Assembly: GCA_001600695.1 (NCBI GenBank)
Contig: BCKQ01000005.1
Coordinates: forward strand, 717,543-781,542
Length of the DNA: 64,000 nucleotides
Reading direction: 5' to 3'
From: Ascoidea asiatica JCM 7603
Taxonomy: Eukaryota > Fungi > Ascomycota
Part shown: positions 1-10,940 of the stretch, in pieces
How positions within the stretch are numbered: position 1 is the first letter of the stretch
Layout of the letters: each line of letters starts with the position of its first letter
The notes under the pieces: model-generated
The model's input: the letters and a program-made list of their open reading frames with translations, nothing else
Told to the model about the DNA's origin: nothing
Database searches by the model: none
Program-made: the position numbers and the translations under genes

Positions 1-3000
1 ATGGACTTCCAGAGTTGCCCCATAACTTTTTTACAACCACTTCCTCTTCAATTTTGCCCATAAATTGAATAAGCTTGGAATATAAATCTTCATTCATATC
101 AGGAAATAAATGTTTTGAAATTAAAAAAAGATCTTCCATTGTTAATACATCAATATAAACAACTGTGAAACGATTGATGAAAGACTTGGGAAGACCTTTC
201 CTTCCCCCACCTTGATATTGAGGATTTTGTGCAGCAAACACAACAAAACTAGGGTTGCAACTAAAAGTTTTGTTTAGCTCTGGAATGTAAACTTCTGATC
301 TATGATCCAAACAAGCATTTAGCCCCTCGAGAACTGATTGCGAAGCAAGATTCATTTCATCCAATAAAATCCATTCTCCCATTTTCATAGCGCGTAAAAA
401 AGGTGCATCTTTCCAAGTAAATTCCCCTGTTTTACCACCTTCGGTTGGAGAATCAGACCCAAATAAATCAATCAAATCAGTTTGTTCTGAAAGATTTATT
501 CTGGTTAATTTATTGCCTGTTGCTTTTGCTATAACTGAAACTAAACTAGTTTTACCTACACCTGGACTTCCTTCTAATAGAATTGGCTTTCTAACCTGCA
601 TTGCTCTAAGCGTTCGGAAAACATTTTTAGCTGTTGTAGGAGCGTTCAAATTGAATGAGTTGATTTCAACCGTATTATGTCTAGGTATCGAAAAAGGACC
701 ACATGACAATGTAGTTTCAGATAAAACTGTTTTATAATTATTATCATAGATAGATGTTAGCTCCAATTCTGAAATTTTTGCTAATCTATCCAAGCAGATT
801 TTTTTCTCTCTTAAAAGTGATTCTTTGGATTCTGCTAAATAAGCAGTATTATTTGTTCCTAAAGAATCAATAAAAACCATACAAGCACCGTCAACTATTG
901 CTTGATTAACACCGATGCTCTTGAAAGAAACATTAATAAATTCGCACCAAGCTAAAATATCACGGATTGAAATGACCCCACTGTTTGCATATCCTCCTCC
1001 AAATCTTTTTCCAAACCATTCGGAAAATGCAGATATGACTATAGCAAGATAAGACAATTTTGAGTTTAGCTTCCCTTTTATGATCATTTTCACGTCTTCA
1101 AAATTATCCATAGATGGAACCCAGATTTCGGTAAATCTGTTTCTAAGTGCAAGAGATAATTCCTTTTTACCATAATCTCCACCTGGATTCATTGTTGCAA
1201 AAAATTGAAATCCAGATTTGACCACAATGTTGTTTCCAACAGAACCCTTTTCTGCCAAAAGTAATGTTCTCTCAGTTTCCAAAACACTATTAAGTCTTTC
1301 TAAAACCGAATCGTCAGCCAAGGAAATCTCATCTAATAAGAAAAAATTTCCTTGGAGAAGAGCTTTCACTAGAGGGCCATCCGACCATTCGAATAGAGTA
1401 TTCATTGATTCTCTAAGCTTCTTAATATCAAATAGAGTATTTTTGAGAATTGTCGACTTGTCTTTGATATTATCAAATATTTGAAGGAGTTCTGACAAAT
1501 TTTCAGAGCCAGAGAGTACTATGAAATTCTTTGTAAGAACTTCTTTAAGGAGACCTACAAGTTTAACTTGAATTTCACTTTTATTTCTCATTGGTCGCTG
1601 AGCCCCTAATATATCACTGGTTTCAGTATTCTGATGTGCATTCACAGATATTAATTCTTTCTTGTAAAGTTTCGATAGTAGTTGACATATTGTAGTTTTT
1701 CCACACCCTGTTTCACCTACCAATAAAACTGGCTCGTTATTTTTTAAGGCTGTTGAAACAAGAACAAGCAAACGTCTCATTCCATGTGTCCATATCACTG
1801 AGTTTTCAACTTTTATTATATCAGAGGGAAATAAACTTTCATATAGTACTTCCATATTTAATTTTACCCTCATTACTTTTTCAATAACTGTTCGCACTAC
1901 TTCTTTTTCCTCGGTACGCCTTACCCTTTCGGCTAGTAGCATATATCCATTTGATGCTAATTCTTCGTATCCAACAGCTTCTCGTCCAGCCCAACGAAAT
2001 AAATCACGAAGAGTTGCAAAACTGTTTTTCTGTTCAAACAATCTGGTAGATTGACGCTGTATACTTAATTGTCGGTATACTTCAACAATCTTTTTGGCAT
2101 ACGTAGGAGCTATTTTACATCTATCCTTGAGAATTATTTCTAATTCATCTTCAGGAATATCATCAAAGTGTAGTTCCAAAAATCTATTTCGGAAAGCTCT
2201 TGAAAGAATTTTTCTACCACCATAAAGTCCAGGCGGATTTTGAGTTGCAAAAAGCATGAAATTAGGATGAGGTGTTACTATTTGCTGGGTTTCTGGAATG
2301 AAAAGTTCTCTATTGTCATCCAAAAGTCTATTTAATGCTTCTAATACTTCTGTTGGAGCTAAATTCAACTCGTCTAAAACGATCCAATAACCCTTTCTTA
2401 ATGCTTTTACCAAAACACCTTCTTGAAAACATAATTTCCCAGAATCATCAGTAACATATGTTCCCAAATACTCTTGTAAATCTGTATGTTCATGATTATT
2501 GATTCGAACAAATTTATGACCACTGATGTTAGCCAAATAATGAATCATACTTGTCTTACCACTTGATGTCGGACCTTGAATTAACACAGGAAATCTTTTC
2601 CCAGAAATAGCCCTTACTAAATTTAGCATATTTTTTTCAACAAATGGCGTTATAATATATTGAGGTTGGGAAACAATTTTTTCCTGTCCATTTTTTATCC
2701 AATAATGCTTGAACTGAGAGTAATTTCCAATAGAAGGTGATGGTGGAGTTTGACCTAAAATAGATTTAAGGTTCTTGATTCTACTCATTGTATATTTTAA
2801 AATTAGAGGTTTCAATTTCTCTTCTGACTTTTGATCAAGAAGTGTTAAGAAACTCATACAAAAACCTTCATATAAGGATCTCCTTAGGCCATAAGAAAAA
2901 ACAATTTCACGGACATAAATTAGTGTTCTTGTTAAAGTTCTGACACTAAAATGGGGTTTCTGATTGGCACCATCAACAATTTGGTTTGAATCTGCCAATC

Positions 3001-5860
3001 TTTTAGATGCCAAATATAATTGCGCTATATCAGGGGTAATAAATTCGTCGTTCAAAGAAAACCTTGAAATATATTTATCAATTATTGCCATTAAATCTTC
3101 TAAGTCACTATCAGGAGGTTGTACATAAATTTCGGTGAATCTAGTTCTCATACTAGGAGGCAAATCTTTTTTACCAACATCAGTAGATGGATTCATACAT
3201 GTAAAAATCCTAAAATCTTGATGTGGTCTAACTGAGTCAACATTCTCAGTTATCATTAAATTCCTATCCTCTAAAGATTCATTTAAAAGATCAGAAATAC
3301 TTTCTAAGGTATCTGCAGACGCTAAATTGATTTCATCTAATAATAACCAGTCCCCAGCACGGGCAGCTTTGACCAATGCTCCTTCAACAAATTCGAAAAG
3401 AAATTTATTTTCCCCAGAATTTATGTTTTTCTCTAAATCCTTTACTTTATCTTCGAACTCAGTCCAAGATCCTATTATTTCGGTTTTTCTTTTTTTATTC
3501 TTATTAGAACTGAGGTTTCCACTATCTTCTTTTGATAGTACACCTTTTGACATTTTTATGGCCTCTTTCCATATCTTTACAACTCTTTTGAAGTTATTTT
3601 TATTGAAGGCTCTAGATAAAGAACTCAAGAAATTTGAATTTTTCTTTACAGAAAAGGTAGAAGAAAATAGTTTTTGAAAATACTCTTGCAAAGACAATGC
3701 TAGCATATTAATGTTCAAGGGTTTGAATCCACCCAATAAATCACTTGATTCGGTTTGTTGTGACACGTTGATTACAGTGATATTTTTGTTCATAAGCTTT
3801 GCGAGTTGTTGAACTATTGTAGTTTTTCCTGTACCAGTTTCCCCTACCAATAATACTGGTTCTCCAATTTCAACTGCGACAGAGATTTTTTCCATAAGTT
3901 TTAATGAGTGATTAGTGAATGCAAAAGAAGTATCGTTTTTTGATGAATTAGAATGTTCTTTTGAGTCTTTTTTCAATAAGGCTCTGCCTATTTGCAAAAA
4001 GTTCTCGTTGTTAGATATGCTAGGCACATTTTTCTCTAAAAATAATTTTATTCGTGAAGATGCGATTTCTAATTCCCTACCTATTACGTTAATCAAAATG
4101 CTTTGAGCTTCTAGTTCTTGAATAGAACTTGAAAAACAATCAACTGCTTCACTGAATATAAATTCATAAGTAGATGATTCGATTAACTGATTTGATTTTG
4201 TTATTCCCACATTATTCAAGATTTTAGCAGCTCTTGTGCAAAATTTAATTAAATCCCTAGTTGAAACAATTCTTAGGTGTGCACCTTTATTAAGAGAAAA
4301 AAAAGATGGTTTTGAATAGATATTTTCTATTGATTCGAACATTTTTATGAAACGAGTTGAGAAAACTGATACTATAGGAAACCTTCTATCAATTACTTGT
4401 TTTAAATCAGTTTGATCTAATTCTTCAAGATAAATTTGATTCCATAATCTCATTCCTATTATATCTGGCAAAGACTCGTTATCTTTTTGATTATTATTAG
4501 CTCTAATTGTAGAAAATAATTGAAATCCATTTTTAGCGTGTATAATTTCACCTCTTGAAGGAATCGTAAGTTCCCTTTTTTCCAATAAAGTTAATAAAAT
4601 AGATAAAACATCAGTTGGAGCTTTATCAATGTCTTCTATTAAGACCCATCGTCCTTCATTTACAGCTTTAGTAAGAACACCAGCTCTCCAGACAAAAGAA
4701 CCCGATTCTTTCCCCGTAGTATAAGTTCCGAGCAACAATTTAGCATCAGTTTGTTCTCCAAGATGAATTTTTATCATATTTTGCTCATGTCCCATTATTT
4801 TAGCAAGTTGATTAATTAAAAAAGTTTTTCCTGAACCTGCAGTTCCAATAAGCATTACTGGTTTTGATATTTGTATTGAACAAGCGATTTGTTTTAATGA
4901 AGAGTCTACTTTTTCTGTATAAACCACAGAGTTTTCAAAATAATCTAATGAATTGATGATTTTATTTGATTCAAGTTTATGAACCAAAACTCCAGAAATA
5001 CAAGTTATTAAAGGAGATAAAATAGAACTATTGATTAAACAGTATTTATCATTTATTGAAGGATTTATTAAATCAGATTCTTTGAGTAAACAAAAATTAG
5101 CTTTTGGCAAAGATAGAAAATTTGAAAATCTTTTAGCCTCTATTAAAGGTAGAAAAAAGTAATTAATATTTTCATCACCATCGAAAAAGCCAGTAAGATC
5201 ATTGAAAAGAGATTCCTTTGAAGATAATTTATTAATTAGATCATTTTTAATTTCTTCGCTGAAATGAAGAATTGTTGAAGATATATTAATTGATAGAAAT
5301 TTATTTATAGTTGAAGTTAAATTGGAGGATCTTATTTGATCTAAAAATTCTAAAGATATATATTTCTTGAAAATAATTGAATTAAAGTGAATTAGTCTAT
5401 AAAAAGATAATAAAATTAATTGTAATGAATCATTATTGAGATTTGATAAGTTCAACTGTTTTAAGAGGTCGAAAATATTTAAGTTGTCAAGAAAATATTC
5501 GGTTAATGATGTTATTTCAGGAGCTAAAAAAATAATTCTCGATAAAGAACTTAAAGTAATAATACCACTAAAATTATTGAAGGATATTTTTTTCTCTTTT
5601 AAATAATTTTTTTCTAAATTTAAATCTAAAATCCATCTTGAAACTAATTCTAGAAGTAAAGGTTTAAATGAATATAATACAGCGGAAGTAGTTTTGAAGT
5701 CTAAAGCAAAAATTGAGAGATTATCAATATTTTCATTTAAATTCAAAAAGGACTTAAATTGATAGCATGATGGAATCTTTTTTTTTGAATAAAAAGTTGA
5801 ATAATTTTTATATAAGTGATTGGATTTTTCAATATCTAAATAAAATTTATTCATATTCAT
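1..5860 (-). CDS. MDN1: Midasin/Rea1 AAA+ ATPase (60S maturation), 5' part; continues beyond the left edge
   Basis: Long minus-strand frame from ATG at 5860 (MNMNKFYLDIEK), in frame with the codons at the left edge. Repeated Walker A/B modules: GTAGSGKT, GETGTGKT, GPTSSGKT, GETGCGKT, GSPGVGKT, W.LLDE.NLA. Absent from the ORF track because there is no stop in the window. Confidence 0.97.
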   Translation of the reverse strand, partial: MNMNKFYLDIEKSNHLYKNYSTFYSKKKIPSCYQFKSFLNLNENIDNLSIFALDFKTTSAVLYSFKPLLLELVSRWILDLNLEKNYLKEKKISFNNFSGIITLSSLSRIIFLAPEITSLTEYFLDNLNIFDLLKQLNLSNLNNDSLQLILLSFYRLIHFNSIIFKKYISLEFLDQIRSSNLTSTINKFLSINISSTILHFSEEIKNDLINKLSSKESLFNDLTGFFDGDENINYFFLPLIEAKRFSNFLSLPKANFCLLKESDLINPSINDKYCLINSSILSPLITCISGVLVHKLESNKIINSLDYFENSVVYTEKVDSSLKQIACSIQISKPVMLIGTAGSGKTFLINQLAKIMGHEQNMIKIHLGEQTDAKLLLGTYTTGKESGSFVWRAGVLTKAVNEGRWVLIEDIDKAPTDVLSILLTLLEKRELTIPSRGEIIHAKNGFQLFSTIRANNNQKDNESLPDIIGMRLWNQIYLEELDQTDLKQVIDRRFPIVSVFSTRFIKMFESIENIYSKPSFFSLNKGAHLRIVSTRDLIKFCTRAAKILNNVGITKSNQLIESSTYEFIFSEAVDCFSSSIQELEAQSILINVIGRELEIASSRIKLFLEKNVPSISNNENFLQIGRALLKKDSKEHSNSSKNDTSFAFTNHSLKLMEKISVAVEIGEPVLLVGETGTGKTTIVQQLAKLMNKNITVINVSQQTESSDLLGGFKPLNINMLALSLQEYFQKLFSSTFSVKKNSNFLSSLSRAFNKNNFKRVVKIWKEAIKMSKGVLSKEDSGNLSSNKNKKRKTEIIGSWTEFEDKVKDLEKNINSGENKFLFEFVEGALVKAARAGDWLLLDEINLASADTLESISDLLNESLEDRNLMITENVDSVRPHQDFRIFTCMNPSTDVGKKDLPPSMRTRFTEIYVQPPDSDLEDLMAIIDKYISRFSLNDEFITPDIAQLYLASKRLADSNQIVDGANQKPHFSVRTLTRTLIYVREIVFSYGLRRSLYEGFCMSFLTLLDQKSEEKLKPLILKYTMSRIKNLKSILGQTPPSPSIGNYSQFKHYWIKNGQEKIVSQPQYIITPFVEKNMLNLVRAISGKRFPVLIQGPTSSGKTSMIHYLANISGHKFVRINNHEHTDLQEYLGTYVTDDSGKLCFQEGVLVKALRKGYWIVLDELNLAPTEVLEALNRLLDDNRELFIPETQQIVTPHPNFMLFATQNPPGLYGGRKILSRAFRNRFLELHFDDIPEDELEIILKDRCKIAPTYAKKIVEVYRQLSIQRQSTRLFEQKNSFATLRDLFRWAGREAVGYEELASNGYMLLAERVRRTEEKEVVRTVIEKVMRVKLNMEVLYESLFPSDIIKVENSVIWTHGMRRLLVLVSTALKNNEPVLLVGETGCGKTTICQLLSKLYKKELISVNAHQNTETSDILGAQRPMRNKSEIQVKLVGLLKEVLTKNFIVLSGSENLSELLQIFDNIKDKSTILKNTLFDIKKLRESMNTLFEWSDGPLVKALLQGNFFLLDEISLADDSVLERLNSVLETERTLLLAEKGSVGNNIVVKSGFQFFATMNPGGDYGKKELSLALRNRFTEIWVPSMDNFEDVKMIIKGKLNSKLSYLAIVISAFSEWFGKRFGGGYANSGVISIRDILAWCEFINVSFKSIGVNQAIVDGACMVFIDSLGTNNTAYLAESKESLLREKKICLDRLAKISELELTSIYDNNYKTVLSETTLSCGPFSIPRHNTVEINSFNLNAPTTAKNVFRTLRAMQVRKPILLEGSPGVGKTSLVSVIAKATGNKLTRINLSEQTDLIDLFGSDSPTEGGKTGEFTWKDAPFLRAMKMGEWILLDEMNLASQSVLEGLNACLDHRSEVYIPELNKTFSCNPSFVVFAAQNPQYQGGGRKGLPKSFINRFTVVYIDVLTMEDLFLISKHLFPDMNEDLYSKLIQFMGKIEEEVVVKKLWGNSGSP

Positions 5861-6480
5861 CTTTTAATTGTAGCGAAAGAAAAGAAGTAAAAAAAATTAA
5901 GAAAACAGACTAAATAGTTTTTTTACCACTTTTTTGACTTCTTGTAGAATTGAAAATATAATTAAATTATATATATATGTATATAATATTCCGAAGATTT
6001 ATCAGAAACAAAAATAATGAGAAGATTTTTTAAATTTAATTTTTTTGGGAATGAAATTTTTCTTGAATTTTGTTTTTCATAAATATTTTTTATTTTTTTT
6101 ATTTGATTTGAAAAAAAGATTTGGAAATTTTAAAATCTGAGAAAAAAAATATTAAGATTTGGAGGCTGTTTGACGCGCGGTCCTGACGGAGATGCATTGA
6201 ATAATTCGACTGTGAAGCCAAGTTCACGGATATTCTTTTTTTGTGAATAAATTAATTTTCTTGCGTAATGCAAAGGATAAATAAAAACGAAAACTAACAA
6301 AAATAAAATTCAAGATACCAAAATATAAATAGACTAAAAATAAAAAGAATAACGTTTATGAAATAAATGAAAAAATATTAAGCTATAAAGATATAAAGAT
6401 TTAAATGTATAATGCTAGGAGATAGAGAATTGAAAAAGAAGAATGAATAGCACATAATTAAATAAAATAAAGAGTTAGAT

Positions 6481-7413
6481 TTAATTGAATAATAGATGAA
6501 GAGTGAATCTTTTAGCAAACCAAAGAAAAGCTAGGAAGGAGAAAAAATAGAAAACATAAAAAGCAATTGTTTTAAACTTGATAATAAATTTATCATTGTT
6601 ATAAACTTCTAGTTCTCTTAAGCAAACAGCAAGTTGATCAAATATATAAATTGATTCTTGTATGACATCGATTTTTTCAAATTCTTCTAAAGCATTTCTA
6701 GTTGCTAATTCATAATTTCTTTTATAAGAAACTTTCAAATAATTTTCATTCATTGTATCGAATCTAAAAAAATTAGTTGACATTTGAGCAACTTCAGTTC
6801 TTGATTTGCCTTTAATTTTAGGAAATAAACCAGAAGATTTTAAAACAGAAGATCTAATCAATTTACCTCCAGCAAATAAAGCAAGATAAACAACATGGCA
6901 ATAAGCTAACAAAATTTGAGGTTTTTCTTCAAAAGTTTTATAAATATGATCAACAAAAGCTTTTTGTTGAGGATGTAAAGGAGTTTCAAACACATCTTTA
7001 TTATCATAAAAGACCAATAAATCATTTCTTAATCTTTCAGATCTATAAATTTTTGGATCAAAGAATTCAGATAAAATCTTGGCAATTTTTAGATTTGGAT
7101 CAATTTTCAAAATTTCTTCACTAGTATATCTAAATTCATTGGAATTTGAATAATTTTGAGATTGATTTTTTTTTTCATAAAATTCTAAAGCAGATAACTC
7201 ATTATTAATTAAATTTTCAATATTTTTAAAAATGTGATAAAATATTTGTAAGCCTTGTCTCCAAATTTTATAGTCAGTTAAAGCAATTAATAACTTTACT
7301 GAAATTGTTTTATCTATTTTATTATGACCTTTTCTTGTTTCAAAATTAATTCTATTAGATAAAGCACCAAGATCATTTGGTTTTGGTAAAACTTCTTCTT
7401 CTATAAAAGACAT
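6481..7413 (-). CDS. HMX1: ER heme oxygenase
   Basis: GALSNRINFETRKGHNKID (proximal His), LAYCHVVYLALFAGG, C-terminal TM anchor; adjacent to QRI5 as in S. cerevisiae. Confidence 0.95.
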   Translation of the reverse strand: MSFIEEEVLPKPNDLGALSNRINFETRKGHNKIDKTISVKLLIALTDYKIWRQGLQIFYHIFKNIENLINNELSALEFYEKKNQSQNYSNSNEFRYTSEEILKIDPNLKIAKILSEFFDPKIYRSERLRNDLLVFYDNKDVFETPLHPQQKAFVDHIYKTFEEKPQILLAYCHVVYLALFAGGKLIRSSVLKSSGLFPKIKGKSRTEVAQMSTNFFRFDTMNENYLKVSYKRNYELATRNALEEFEKIDVIQESIYIFDQLAVCLRELEVYNNDKFIIKFKTIAFYVFYFFSFLAFLWFAKRFTLHLLFN

Positions 7414-7842
7414 TTCAGAAGTATTATGATATTAATATTGATAATTGTACACAAGATTGACAGGAAAAAAAAGGTTTAAGTTGAATTTGAAGTTGATGTC
7501 TAGCAATATTCTAATTTTCAGAAAATTGTTTGATATTATAAAAAAAAAGGAAAGTCTTCTAACTGATATACTTTATAAATATCTTGGTATATTATTCCAC
7601 ATACCTTGATTCTTGAACAAGAGATTTTAAGAGATGAAAGAATTACAAAACAAATATTAGTCCGATAAGTCCCTTAAGTACTATGGACTTTTTTAAGTAC
7701 TGAACTAGGAGGACCCCATCAAGCCAAGAGCTCCAATAGTCCGCTTTGGGTGTCAATTGAGCTTTATAAGCCTGTTACCCAGCTCATGAAGTTAAGACTA
7801 GTGATACTCAATTATAGACCCCATAACAAAGGTTATATATTA

Positions 7843-7849
7843 TCACGTG
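7843..7849. promoter_or_regulatory. Cbf1-type E-box TCACGTG in the divergent HMX1/QRI5 promoter
   Basis: Exact TCACGTG in an AT-rich intergenic region. Confidence 0.5.
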
Positions 7850-8061
7850 CCGTGGTTTTTTTAATGACGGAAATCTAAATGAATTTAATCTTTCGAAGTG
7901 AGAAAGATTAAGTAGGATTGAGAATTTCATCATTTTTATCAAATTTATTAGAATCATCAGGATCATCAGAATCATCATTCAGCTGTCACTAAAAGATAGT
8001 TATTCAAGGTCTTGAATTCGCTGGGCTGTTAGATATTTTTCATTGGGTGCTCATATTCAAC

Positions 8062-8478
8062 ATGTTTAAACTACGATCTTCTCTTGGGTTACTTCGTTCT
8101 GGTAACCTTACTTCCTCCATATATCAAAATACTCATACATTCATTTCCACAAATTCTAGGAAGCAGTCTTTAATTTTCATCTCAAGCTATTCTATCCTTT
8201 CAAGCACATTTAAAAATACTAATAATTCCAGTAATATTAATTATTTCAATTCAAATAAATGCTTTAATATGATCGATGGTTTTAATATAAAAAATTCTTC
8301 AAGTATCTTTGAAAATACAATATCTAAAAATATAAATCAAATTGGTGATTTAACAAGTGTTTCAAATGAAGTTTTTTTCGATTCAGTTCTTCTTAAAAGA
8401 AAACTTAAAATGAAAAAACATAAATTGAGAAAAAGAAGAAAAGCCCAAAGAGCAATGAGAAGAAAATTAGGTCGTTGA
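8062..8478 (+). CDS. QRI5: Mitochondrial small-subunit protein mS38 (Cox24/Qri5)
   Basis: ATG 8062, presequence-like N-terminus, C-terminal DSVLLKRKLKMKKHKLRKRRK signature. Confidence 0.9.
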   Translation: MFKLRSSLGLLRSGNLTSSIYQNTHTFISTNSRKQSLIFISSYSILSSTFKNTNNSSNINYFNSNKCFNMIDGFNIKNSSSIFENTISKNINQIGDLTSVSNEVFFDSVLLKRKLKMKKHKLRKRRKAQRAMRRKLGR

Positions 8479-8662
8479 TTCCTACTTTATTACATAATAT
8501 TTTATTATATTTTATTTTACATGTAAATATACAGCATATATTTTAATTTTAATTATCTATTTATAATTGAATAATTAATTAATACATATAAGTCTCCAAT
8601 CATTATAATATTATAATTTTATAATTTTTAGTTTTATAATTTAATAATTAAATAAGTTTCAT

Positions 8663-9586
8663 TCAAAGAATATCATTATAAAAAACAGTAAAATCTTTCT
8701 TCACTTTAGTCCATGATTGAAAATCAAAAAAAATAAATATGCTTCTTAAACCTTCTGAACTTTGTTCAAATATTGCTGCGGTTGGTTCTTTAATCAAAAA
8801 TACTTTTAATTGTTTATGAAATTTCCATCCTTTTATTAATAATTCTCTAAATGCTAATTCTTGCAATAGATCTTTTGGTTTTGTATAAAATAAGAAAAAT
8901 AAAGTATCTTCATTAAAATTATTCATTCTATTAGCCGCAGGTTGTAGAAAAAATTGTTTTTTACGATTAAATTCTATTATTTCTTTAGGTAATTTATATT
9001 CTGGTATAACTTCACTTCTTGTTGTTTCTAACCAAGGTGATTGAAATTTTTTGCTTAATTTCTCTTTTTTATTAACATTTGAAAATTCATTTAATTTATT
9101 GATATCTATTCCTAATGCAACTTTATTCTGATTATTCATTTCCATTTTTAATAATCCTCTCAAGGCTTTTAATCCATACCTATCAAATTCACTTAAATTT
9201 TCTTCAATTTCTTCATTTGCATTAAGATTTACATTTACATTTCCAAATTTATTACTTTCTTGAGCATCCCTTTCATTTTCATTGTCTTTCTCTTTCCCCT
9301 TTTCTATTTCTTTTTCTTTATCTTTTTCTGCTACAGATCCATTCACATTAGCACTCATAATTACATTCACACTACCATTTCCATTTCCATTTCCATTTGA
9401 GTTAAGAGTAATTCCTGCAATGCTATTTGTCACTTGCGAAATTACATTCATATTTGTGCTATTGATATTAGGATTCGTAATTGAATCATCAGCAATATTG
9501 AAATTATTTATATTAGGTGTATTACTTATGTTTGAATTCTGAGGGATCTGTGTCAATCCAGGAGGAAGCATTTTACTTGTTGACAT
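8663..9586 (-). CDS. CDC36: CCR4-NOT subunit Not2
   Basis: DRYGLKAL, F.SPW.ETTRSEV.P.Y, ETLF-like EDTLFFLFY..P.D.LQE.A..EL...GWKFHK NOT-box; divergent from FAP7 as in S. cerevisiae. Confidence 0.93.
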   Translation of the reverse strand: MSTSKMLPPGLTQIPQNSNISNTPNINNFNIADDSITNPNINSTNMNVISQVTNSIAGITLNSNGNGNGNGSVNVIMSANVNGSVAEKDKEKEIEKGKEKDNENERDAQESNKFGNVNVNLNANEEIEENLSEFDRYGLKALRGLLKMEMNNQNKVALGIDINKLNEFSNVNKKEKLSKKFQSPWLETTRSEVIPEYKLPKEIIEFNRKKQFFLQPAANRMNNFNEDTLFFLFYTKPKDLLQELAFRELLIKGWKFHKQLKVFLIKEPTAAIFEQSSEGLRSIFIFFDFQSWTKVKKDFTVFYNDIL

Positions 9587-10022
9587 CTTTGGTATTAATA
9601 ATAATAATAGTAATTATAGATATGATTGAGATAATTTCTTTGATATTTGTTTTGATATTATTGAAAAGGTAATCAATTTTAAGTGGATAAGTTTCCGGGT
9701 TTCAAAGTTTTTTTTTTTTTTACTTTCTTTAAAAATCCAATGTAATAATGAATATATTATTAAATAATTTAACTAATAATCAAATTCTATTTCTTGATCT
9801 TAATAATAAATACATAAACAAAAATATAAATATTTTATAGATATTAAAATCAAAAAGTGTTGTTGATCTGCAAAACCACTTTTACTAGATATATGAGAAT
9901 CATTGTTACGCTGCTAGTAGCTAGCTACAAGGCTACAAAACTACTTTACCGCACTAATATTGCAATATTCTAACTTCGTTTGACACTTAACTTCAACACT
10001 TCAAAAGCTGGCTAATGAAAGT

Positions 10023-10029
10023 CGGGTAA
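10023..10029. promoter_or_regulatory. Reb1-type site CGGGTAA (also TTACCCG 20417-20423 and CGGGTAA 28680-28686)
   Basis: Exact match to the Reb1 core in promoter positions. Confidence 0.5.
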
Positions 10030-10267
10030 CTTTTTTCCACGTTCGATTTAAGAGCTTAAAGGAAATCCAAAAAATTGGTCTCGTTCTGGGATTTAAAAAA
10101 TATTTCACATTTTGTTTTCATCTTCAGAACCAAGAAAAATTGGATCAAAAAATACAAAAAAAAGTAAATAAGTAAGCTAATTAAACTTGTCTTATCACCC
10201 ATACAGCTTCTTTCACATTTGTTATAATATATATTTTTTAGAATATCATTCATTTATTTCTAACAAA

Positions 10268-10879
10268 ATGTCTAGAAGATTGTTACCAAACATAATAATC
10301 ACTGGAACTCCAGGCTGTGGAAAAACAAGTCATGCAGAAATTATTGTTGATCAACTTTCTGAATTTCGTCATTTCCAAATTAGTGAATTTGCAAAAGACA
10401 AGAATTGTTTTGAAGGTTATGATGATGAACGACAATGCGATATTGTTAATGATGACAAACTATTAGATGAATTAGAACATGAACTTGAAATAGGTGGAAC
10501 TTTAATAGATTGGCATGTTTGTGAAATATTTCCAGAAAGATTAATTGATTTAGTTGTTGTATTAAGATGTGATAATACTGTTTTATATGATAGATTAGTA
10601 CAAAGAGGTTATAAAAATAATAAAATTCAAGAAAATTTAGATGTTGAGATCATGGATTTACTCATTCAAGAAGCTAAAGAAAGTTATAGACCAGAAATTG
10701 TTGTTGAATTACATAGTGAAGATCTTGATCAAATAGATGAAAATTGTTCAAGAATAACGGAATGGATAAAATTATGGAAATTTGATCATCCAACTGGTGT
10801 CTCTAACGAACTTGAATATGGTTCTAATGATGATGATAATGATAGTAATAATAATAATGATAATGATGAAGGAAATTAA
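10268..10879 (+). CDS. FAP7: Adenylate kinase 6 / 18S processing NTPase
   Basis: ATG 10268; PNIIITGTPGCGKT P-loop, DWHVCEIFPERLIDLVVVLR. Confidence 0.97.
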   Translation: MSRRLLPNIIITGTPGCGKTSHAEIIVDQLSEFRHFQISEFAKDKNCFEGYDDERQCDIVNDDKLLDELEHELEIGGTLIDWHVCEIFPERLIDLVVVLRCDNTVLYDRLVQRGYKNNKIQENLDVEIMDLLIQEAKESYRPEIVVELHSEDLDQIDENCSRITEWIKLWKFDHPTGVSNELEYGSNDDDNDSNNNNDNDEGN

Positions 10880-10940
10880 TTACTAAAATTTAAAAATGTT
10901 TATATACTATATTGTATTTTACATAAAAAAAAAATAAAAA

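Noticed and set aside
513-4106. Four short plus-strand ORFs
   Set aside because: Antisense shadows of the MDN1 reading frame; the same applies to the short antisense or alternate-frame ORFs inside the other large genes.
7746-7755. Aft1-like GGGTGT motif upstream of HMX1
   Set aside because: A single imperfect match; not enough to claim iron regulation from sequence alone.
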